Shown: in pieces, positions 57,602 through 64,000 of the stretch
Layout of the letters: every line of letters starts with the position of its first letter
Position numbering within the stretch: the first letter of the stretch is position 1
NCBI GenBank assembly: GCA_029004515.1
Contig: JAQVYH010000001.1
Coordinates: 830-64,829, forward strand
Direction of reading: 5' to 3'
Origin: Eubacteriales bacterium
Lineage (GTDB): Bacteria; Bacillota; Clostridia; Monoglobales; UMGS1388
Length of the DNA stretch: 64,000 nt
The notes under the pieces: model-generated
Told to the model about the DNA's origin: nothing
Database searches by the model: none
Seen by the model: the letters and a program-made list of their open reading frames with translations, nothing else
Translations under genes and position numbers: made by a program

Positions 57602-59605
57602 ATGAATAAATACGGCAAAATAGTGTCATTAGTTCTGTCAGTTGCTATATGCGCAAGCTCTATGTTAATACCCGTTTATGCAAACGAGGCTATTACTGAT
57701 GAGATAGCTGAAAACAATGATATCCTACTTGCAGCTGTGGAGGATTTCTCGGTTGAGAAATATCCATATAGCTTAACAACAGCATTCGATGACGAATCTG
57801 AAGTAAGGGATTCAATCTTATACAACGAAAGCAATAAGTATAAGAATTCTCTTTCTACCAAAGCAGGAAACCCAAGTTTGACCTTTGGCCCTGGATATAA
57901 TGGTAATGCAATGATTTGGACTGCTTATTCTGGCCATAGAGAAGATATCTATGGAGGAAAGGAAAAAGAGCAAGAATATGGTAATGCTGCCCAGGTTTCT
58001 TTTGCAACAAAGGATAGAGTAGTATACGCTGACCCAACAACAGGTGCACAGGTATCTTTAAACCTTTCAAATGCAGTTAAAGGTGCAAATAAGATTGCCT
58101 TCTGGACAAAGGGTGAAAAGACAGATAGAACAGATCGAGTTGTACCTGAAACTTTTTCATATAGTTTTGCCTTTAGAGGCGTCACAGGTAGTGTTAGTGT
58201 AAAAATTCCTTCCGATGGAAATTGGCACTATGTAGTAGCAGACCTTGCTACACCTATAGGAGAAGGGTTTGGCGGTTTTAACTTAGCAATGAATACAAAT
58301 GAATCCGGCGGCGCTCCTGCGTTAAAGCTTGATGGTACGCCAGATGCGTATCCCCTCGATGAAAATGAACAGTATATAAGGGATATCGACCAGGCATATG
58401 TAAAGAAGGACGGACAATTTGTTCTCGTTAAGGCATTTAATTTTACTTACGAACCAGATCCAGAGGGTATTTATGTAAATATTCCTACTGATACAGGTGC
58501 CCCTGTTTATTACAGAACAGACCAAAAGAGATATATTCTCACTAAGGATTCAGAAGGCGGAGAAGTTTATCTAGAAGACGTAAATGGCGATTACATCAAG
58601 GCATTAAAGAAGGGCGGCTATGTAAAAATGCCTGACCCTGAAGTAAACTTTGCAGATAAATATTCACTTGCCAATGTTGAATCATATGAAGTTGATGAAT
58701 CAGGCCAAAAGAAACTTGATAATGAAGGAAACCCAATTCCACAGTTGATTTGTGGTAACCTTGTTAAAGAAGTATATTCGACGCAGATATGTATTGATGA
58801 AATGCTATTCTACAGAACCACAGAAAGTGGCGGCAGAACATCATTCTTTCCGAGCCGAGAAGAGGATTATGATTACTACACTAATACAGAACTTGATTCC
58901 ATTACATTAGAAGGTTCACTTTTATACGACGTTGATTTAGACGGCGAGAATAGAGTGCTTTATATTCCAACAGGATTTGACCTTAGTGCAGCGGATGCAA
59001 AAAAGCATTTTACAGTTATAACAAAATGCCCTAATCTTCTCTACACAGGCGTAAAAGACGGTACCCGCTTCATTCCTATCGATGTATCAGAGACTGGACC
59101 TATGAAGAGTGGTTCATACGGGATTATCTCACTTCCTAATGAAATAGGCGGAAATGCGGTTGTTACTGTTATATCATCAAATGGTATGACTCAAGATTAT
59201 ATCTTTGAAGTTAGAGAAGGACTTAAACTTTCAGCAGCCGGAAAAGATCGTTTCGACAGATATGGCAACCCGCAAAGACTTTTCGAAAAGATTACTGGAG
59301 GTTCTAGAGATATCGAAGTTACTAACTATGGTGATGAAGCACAGCATGTTCAGATAGTTCTTGTAGTTAGAGATAAGACAACTAACGAGCTTAAGGCTAT
59401 TGCTGTTGATAGCTCAAACGGAGGCATGGATGTTGCTCCCTACGATGGCACTGATGGCACTATAGGGAAGTTCAAGATTACCATTCCATCAGGTCTTAGT
59501 ATTGATGAAAACAGCATCGCACACTTCTATATTGTAGATTCTCTTGCGGGAATGAAGAAACTTGCTCAACCAGTAATAATTGAACCTAGTTTATATCTTA
59601 ATTAA
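57602..59605 (+). CDS. Secreted 667-aa protein of unknown function (possible carbohydrate-binding beta-sandwich modules)
   Basis: AGGAG RBS. Signal peptide MNKYGKIVSLVLSVAICASSMLIPVYA. NWHYVVADL and QICIDEMLFY resemble the terminal strands of CBM-like modules. I see no catalytic motif. Confidence 0.65.
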   Translation: MNKYGKIVSLVLSVAICASSMLIPVYANEAITDEIAENNDILLAAVEDFSVEKYPYSLTTAFDDESEVRDSILYNESNKYKNSLSTKAGNPSLTFGPGYNGNAMIWTAYSGHREDIYGGKEKEQEYGNAAQVSFATKDRVVYADPTTGAQVSLNLSNAVKGANKIAFWTKGEKTDRTDRVVPETFSYSFAFRGVTGSVSVKIPSDGNWHYVVADLATPIGEGFGGFNLAMNTNESGGAPALKLDGTPDAYPLDENEQYIRDIDQAYVKKDGQFVLVKAFNFTYEPDPEGIYVNIPTDTGAPVYYRTDQKRYILTKDSEGGEVYLEDVNGDYIKALKKGGYVKMPDPEVNFADKYSLANVESYEVDESGQKKLDNEGNPIPQLICGNLVKEVYSTQICIDEMLFYRTTESGGRTSFFPSREEDYDYYTNTELDSITLEGSLLYDVDLDGENRVLYIPTGFDLSAADAKKHFTVITKCPNLLYTGVKDGTRFIPIDVSETGPMKSGSYGIISLPNEIGGNAVVTVISSNGMTQDYIFEVREGLKLSAAGKDRFDRYGNPQRLFEKITGGSRDIEVTNYGDEAQHVQIVLVVRDKTTNELKAIAVDSSNGGMDVAPYDGTDGTIGKFKITIPSGLSIDENSIAHFYIVDSLAGMKKLAQPVIIEPSLYLN

Positions 59606-59619
59606 GGAGGCGTAAGATA

Positions 59620-62208
59620 ATGATCAAAAAGATTAGCGTAATATTAATAGTATTGTCTATATGCCTTCAACTTTTCCCAGCAAACCTTGTTGCTCTTGCT
59701 GACGATGCGACAGTTGCACCTAAAGAGCTTCATGTAGAAGGCAATCGTATTTACACCGAAGATGGTGAGAAGATTAAGCTCATCGGTACCTGTATCCCTT
59801 CTATGGAATGGGCGGGCGGTGAACACATGGAAGAATCCTTTGCTATGTCACTTGATAACTGGAACTCAAACACTATCCGTCTTCCTCTTGACTCTGACGG
59901 TTGGTGGGGTAGATACTGGTGGGTTAGTGACCAGGGTGCTTCATATCAGCAAAAGGTTAGAAACCTTGTTGAAATCGCTACTAGCAGAGGCAAATATGTA
60001 ATCATTGACCTCCATCACTTTGGATGGCTTAAGGAAGAAGATGTAAAATGGTGGGATGAAGTAGCTCCTATGTTTGCTAATAACCCTGGCGTTTTATATA
60101 ATCTCTTCAATGAACCACATACAACAGGTTGGGAACTTTGGAGAAATGGTGGTTACAGAGACGGAAAGAGAGTTGTTGGTCATCAGGAACTTCTCGAAAG
60201 AATTCGTGCAAAGGGAATTAGAAATCCAATCGTAGTCGGCGGTATGGACTGGTCATATCAGCTCTACTCAATGGTTCCAGGTTATGATGGTCTTGAAAAT
60301 GGCTATCAGCTTCAAGAACCAGCAGAGAACACTGGTAATGGTGTAATATACGATACACATATCTACCCTTGGAAGGGTGGAGAATCCAGCTGGGCTAAAA
60401 TGGTTGGTGTAGCGTTCCCATATGTTCCAGTATTCTCAGGTGAAAATGGTCACACGAACGAAAGACTTGCTGACTGGTTTGACGATACATACTATGAGTA
60501 TGCAACAATTTGGAATAACCAGCTTCTTAACTACTATGAACAGAACGAAATAAACTATAATGCTTGGTGCTTCCATAATTCATCTGCACCAGCAGCTCTT
60601 AGAAATTTCGAAAATTATGATCAGACTCCATATGATGGATATATCGTTAAATTCTGGCTTACATATGTAGAAGAGAATAATATGCCTCCTCTTGAAGAGA
60701 GAGAAGTAGTGGATACAAAGCCTGTTTTCACTTGGACAAACAAGCTTGACTTCGACTCAAAGCAGGTAACTCCACTTATTTATAAGGAAACAGAAGAAAC
60801 ATATATTGCAGCTGAAACAAGACCAGGCGGCATTGATAATAGTAATTGTCAGTTTATCGCTTTTGATGTTCCTGAGGGTCAGGAGAATAAGGCTGCAGCA
60901 ATGTTTGAAATGCCACAGGATTGGGATAACTCTGGTGGAACATTCCTTACCTTTAGATTTAAGGGTGACGGAGACATGAGAGATATGACATTCGGATTTG
61001 AAATGAAGGATGGTAGACAGTTCAAGGCAACATATCCTATCAACCTTAACAAAAACTGGCAGAGACTTTTCTATTCATTAAAGGCTCTTAAAGGACCGTA
61101 TGGCTTACTTGATCCTAATGAAGTAAAATACTTCTTTGTATCTCCTGCAACAGCAGGCAAGGGTAGCATCTCTATAGACGATATCGTTATCGGTGGTGTT
61201 GATCCTAAGGAAGTAGAACCACAAACATATTTAGATGATTCAGAAGGTAGTCTTACAAAATGGGCTGCATGGGCCGATAATGAAAATACTCGCCTTGATT
61301 CCTTCACAGTTGTAAAGGAAGCAGGCGCAGGCGTAAGTGGCTCATCAGCATATAAGTTCTCCTTCGTAAGACCTAAAGGTTCATTCGGCGGACAGGCGAG
61401 AGCAGAGTTTGACTCAACTTGGAACCTTACAGATGTAAACTATTTCACTTTTGATATTAAGGGTGATGGCGCGACACATAATCTTAAGTTTAGACTTGAC
61501 CAACGTAGAGTGAGTGATCAGAAGAAGAATTATTATAAGAGAGAATTCGAACGATTCGCTTATGACTATAAGCTCACAGGTTCAGATTGGCATCATGTAG
61601 CAATCAGAATTGATGACTTTGGAATGTCTGAAACATTCGAGATGGAAAAAGTAGGTAAACTTCAGGTTTACAATATGGACCCTGAGACATCCGGAACATT
61701 CTACATTGATAATGTAGCTTTCCATACAGACTATGACTTAGGTTTAAAGTCACAGTACAAACTCCATCCAGATCCAACTCCATCAGAACGAATTGATACA
61801 GTTCCTTATGAATATGATGACAACATTGTTTATCAGTTCTGTAATGAAGAAGAAGGTATTAAGGCTGCTGGTGCGAAGATGGATGACGTACAGGTTGGTG
61901 AAATCAGTTCAGACACAGCTGGTAGAGTTACTCTTACAGCAGGAACAAAGAATTACCTTCACTTCACGCTGAGAAATAAGACGGATGATAAGGTAAAGGG
62001 TCTTCTTACACTAGAAGGTCTTCCGGATGGAACTATTTTCGAAGAAAATGGACAGTATGTTCCATATGAAGTAGTATGGCGTCAAGAAAACTCAATATAT
62101 TTTGCTTTTACACCACCAAGTACTGCAAAGGGTGAATACAAGATTAGAGTACTTGACACATATGCCAAGGGCGTTGAGCCTAAGGAATATATCGTCAACA
62201 TAGAATAA
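59620..62208 (+). CDS. Secreted multidomain glycoside hydrolase family 5 enzyme
   Basis: AAGGAGG RBS and a signal peptide. GH5 signatures NTIRLPL, YVIIDLHH, LYNLFNEPH (acid/base Glu) and VFSGENGH (nucleophile Glu). About 500 aa follow with two CBM-like modules ending GSISIDDIVIGG and GTFYIDNVAFH. Confidence 0.85.
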   Translation: MIKKISVILIVLSICLQLFPANLVALADDATVAPKELHVEGNRIYTEDGEKIKLIGTCIPSMEWAGGEHMEESFAMSLDNWNSNTIRLPLDSDGWWGRYWWVSDQGASYQQKVRNLVEIATSRGKYVIIDLHHFGWLKEEDVKWWDEVAPMFANNPGVLYNLFNEPHTTGWELWRNGGYRDGKRVVGHQELLERIRAKGIRNPIVVGGMDWSYQLYSMVPGYDGLENGYQLQEPAENTGNGVIYDTHIYPWKGGESSWAKMVGVAFPYVPVFSGENGHTNERLADWFDDTYYEYATIWNNQLLNYYEQNEINYNAWCFHNSSAPAALRNFENYDQTPYDGYIVKFWLTYVEENNMPPLEEREVVDTKPVFTWTNKLDFDSKQVTPLIYKETEETYIAAETRPGGIDNSNCQFIAFDVPEGQENKAAAMFEMPQDWDNSGGTFLTFRFKGDGDMRDMTFGFEMKDGRQFKATYPINLNKNWQRLFYSLKALKGPYGLLDPNEVKYFFVSPATAGKGSISIDDIVIGGVDPKEVEPQTYLDDSEGSLTKWAAWADNENTRLDSFTVVKEAGAGVSGSSAYKFSFVRPKGSFGGQARAEFDSTWNLTDVNYFTFDIKGDGATHNLKFRLDQRRVSDQKKNYYKREFERFAYDYKLTGSDWHHVAIRIDDFGMSETFEMEKVGKLQVYNMDPETSGTFYIDNVAFHTDYDLGLKSQYKLHPDPTPSERIDTVPYEYDDNIVYQFCNEEEGIKAAGAKMDDVQVGEISSDTAGRVTLTAGTKNYLHFTLRNKTDDKVKGLLTLEGLPDGTIFEENGQYVPYEVVWRQENSIYFAFTPPSTAKGEYKIRVLDTYAKGVEPKEYIVNIE

Positions 62209-62224
62209 AGGACGGAGGGATAAT

Positions 62225-64000
62225 ATGCGAAAACTCAATAAGAAACTCGCTTTATTTCTTAGCCTTGTAATAATTATTCTGACTGTTGGCGGCATATCAA
62301 CAGTTAGCGCTTCCGGCACTATTGATGCTAAGGCTTATTACAATGCTGAGATTAACGGACTTACAATTGAAGGTACCATAACTACTGAAGCTGATAATGT
62401 AACGATATCAGTATATAGACCTGGTTTTGCTATCAACGATGGTAAGGCTATTAAGGATGCAATTAGCACATATACAAACGAGAAAGTATCATTAGGTGCT
62501 TTCTCATATAGCTACACTGCATCTTCAAGTGATACCACTTCAGATGACTACACTGTATATATCAATTATGGTGGAGAATCACTAAAGGAGATCAAAGCTT
62601 TCTATGCAACTCCTGCTCAGGCTAACACAGCACTTGCAAGAATTAATGCTATAGATGAAGCAACTGAAGGATACTTTGATGCATTTAATGCTGAATTAAA
62701 GTATTTTGGTAAGCTTCCTGCTATGTATCAGCAGCTTTCATTAGCACAGCAGAAGGCCGTAATTGCTACTGTTTTAGAAAAGTCAGACTATCAGTCATTT
62801 AAGGCAATAACTGATAGAATCGAAGAGCTTGCTATGGATACGTTCCTGTATAATCCAAGTGATGCGCAGACATTTAGAACTGTTATTGAAAAATATAATG
62901 ACATAGTTCAGTGCGATTTGGAAAACCCTTTATATAAGAAATATGTTAAGGGAAATACAGGGAAAGAAAACAATGTTTTTGCTTATGTAGTATCAAAAGC
63001 TCCTTACAATAAAATTGAGGATATTAAGGATGAATTCCAGAAGGGTGTAATTATTCAGGCTCTTAATAGTGTCACTGTGATTGGTGAGATCTATAATAAC
63101 ACTTTGACCAACCTAAGTATTCTTAGTGATAAGAGTAGTTTAGCGTTGCTTAAGGGACTTGATTTGATAACATTCAAGAACTTTACTGAAGCTAGACAGG
63201 AAGCAATGCTTAAGTATTTCTTAAAAAATGATATGCACAAGGTTTCAAGCTGTGAAGCTTTTGTACTCAATTGGAACAATGCTGTGAAGATTGCTCCAAC
63301 CCTTCCATTGCCAACAAATGAAGGTCCAGGTGGCGGTGGCGGCGGTGGCAGTCCCATCTCGAACGACCCAACCGAAATTACTACTGGTAAAGGTGAAATC
63401 ACTGGTATAGCTCCTGGTAAAACTCCAGTTGATGACAGCTCAGTTGCACCAATGTTCAAAGACCTTTCAAGCGTAGCTTGGGCAGAAGAGAGCATCGTTG
63501 CTCTTGCAAAAGCGGGCATTGTAAATGGTAAGGAAGCGAATAACTTCGCGCCAAATGACAATATTACAAGAGAAGAATTTCTTAAAATGCTTTATCTGTG
63601 CGCAAACCTTTCTATAATCGAAGATGCACAGACAACCTTTATAGATGTAAACAAAGGCGATTGGTATTACGATATCGTAGCTTCTGCTCAGCAGCAGGGA
63701 CTCATCAATGGTGTTTCCAATGTTCATTACGGAGTAGGACAGAACATAACAAGACAGGATATGTCAGTTATGATCGTAAGATTAATTTCATCATTGGGTG
63801 TTGAGCTTAGCCTTTCAGCAGATGACGCAAAGTTCATCGATGATACGACTATCGCTCCATATGCAAATGTGAGTGTTTACACAATGAAGAAGGCAGGCAT
63901 TATCAATGGATATGAAAATGGTTCATTCCGTCCTAATGCTAATGCAACAAGAGCCGAAGCTGCAAAAATCATTTATGCACTCTGCAGCTTGCTAGTAGAT
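62225..64000 (+). CDS. Secreted cell-surface protein with a poly-Gly linker and three C-terminal SLH domains (3'-truncated by the window edge; absent from the ORF track)
   Basis: GGAGGG RBS, then the ATG at 62225. My hand translation is open for 592 codons to nt 64000: MRKLNKKLALFLSLVIIILTVGGISTVSA..., then GPGGGGGGGSP. SLH repeats FKDLSSVAWAEESIVALAKAGIVNGKEANNFAPNDNITREEFLKML, FIDVNKGDWYYDIVASAQQQGLINGV...ITRQDMSVMIV and FIDDTTIAPYANVSVYTMKKAGIINGYENGSFRPNANATRAEAAKIIY. Confidence 0.82.
   Translation, partial: MRKLNKKLALFLSLVIIILTVGGISTVSASGTIDAKAYYNAEINGLTIEGTITTEADNVTISVYRPGFAINDGKAIKDAISTYTNEKVSLGAFSYSYTASSSDTTSDDYTVYINYGGESLKEIKAFYATPAQANTALARINAIDEATEGYFDAFNAELKYFGKLPAMYQQLSLAQQKAVIATVLEKSDYQSFKAITDRIEELAMDTFLYNPSDAQTFRTVIEKYNDIVQCDLENPLYKKYVKGNTGKENNVFAYVVSKAPYNKIEDIKDEFQKGVIIQALNSVTVIGEIYNNTLTNLSILSDKSSLALLKGLDLITFKNFTEARQEAMLKYFLKNDMHKVSSCEAFVLNWNNAVKIAPTLPLPTNEGPGGGGGGGSPISNDPTEITTGKGEITGIAPGKTPVDDSSVAPMFKDLSSVAWAEESIVALAKAGIVNGKEANNFAPNDNITREEFLKMLYLCANLSIIEDAQTTFIDVNKGDWYYDIVASAQQQGLINGVSNVHYGVGQNITRQDMSVMIVRLISSLGVELSLSADDAKFIDDTTIAPYANVSVYTMKKAGIINGYENGSFRPNANATRAEAAKIIYALCSLLVD

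Noticed and set aside
63323-63352. GGT/GGC-rich microsatellite-like run.
   Set aside because: It is in frame and encodes the GPGGGGGGGS linker between the N-terminal region and the SLH domains of the last gene. This is an ordinary interdomain linker, though slippage could vary its length.

Overview
This is an origin-proximal chromosomal window from a low-GC, spore-forming Firmicute, probably a Clostridia member with an SLH-anchored cell surface. It opens with the canonical dnaA(partial)-dnaN-yaaA-recF-remB-gyrB-gyrA block, and the dnaA-dnaN spacer looks like part of oriC. A mostly minus-strand block follows: serS, spo0J/soj with four tandem parS sites, a cell-wall operon, a divergent noc-like gene, proBA, a class B PBP, rpsF-ssb-rpsR, GH88 and an M23 peptidase. 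Next come serC-serA, tagA-type cell-wall glycopolymer genes, and a long overlapping operon (thyX-tmk-cobQ-like-DUF2156-MTHFS-trmR-trhP). After that are PAP2, an orphan spoVAC, a 983-aa SLH surface protein, spoIVA, xpt plus a BMP-type nucleoside ABC transporter, and an LplABC-type sugar ABC transporter. The window ends with a four-gene module of secreted proteins: an SLH-like protein, an unknown 667-aa protein, a multidomain GH5, and a triple-SLH protein that runs off the 3' edge and is missing from the ORF track. I found no rRNA or tRNA genes, CRISPR arrays, transposases, integrases, prophage genes or recognisable defence systems. Most of the window is housekeeping. The features I cannot explain from known families are: (i) a diverged, structured intergenic repeat family at four loci; (ii) a perfect 35-bp hairpin duplicated around a 243-bp insert downstream of spoIVA; (iii) the tandem parS array, one copy of which doubles as a terminator stem; (iv) a CobQ-like protein lacking the glutaminase cysteine; and (v) the unknown secreted proteins in the GH5/SLH module. 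All protein family calls come from reading the translations and motifs by eye. No database search was run.
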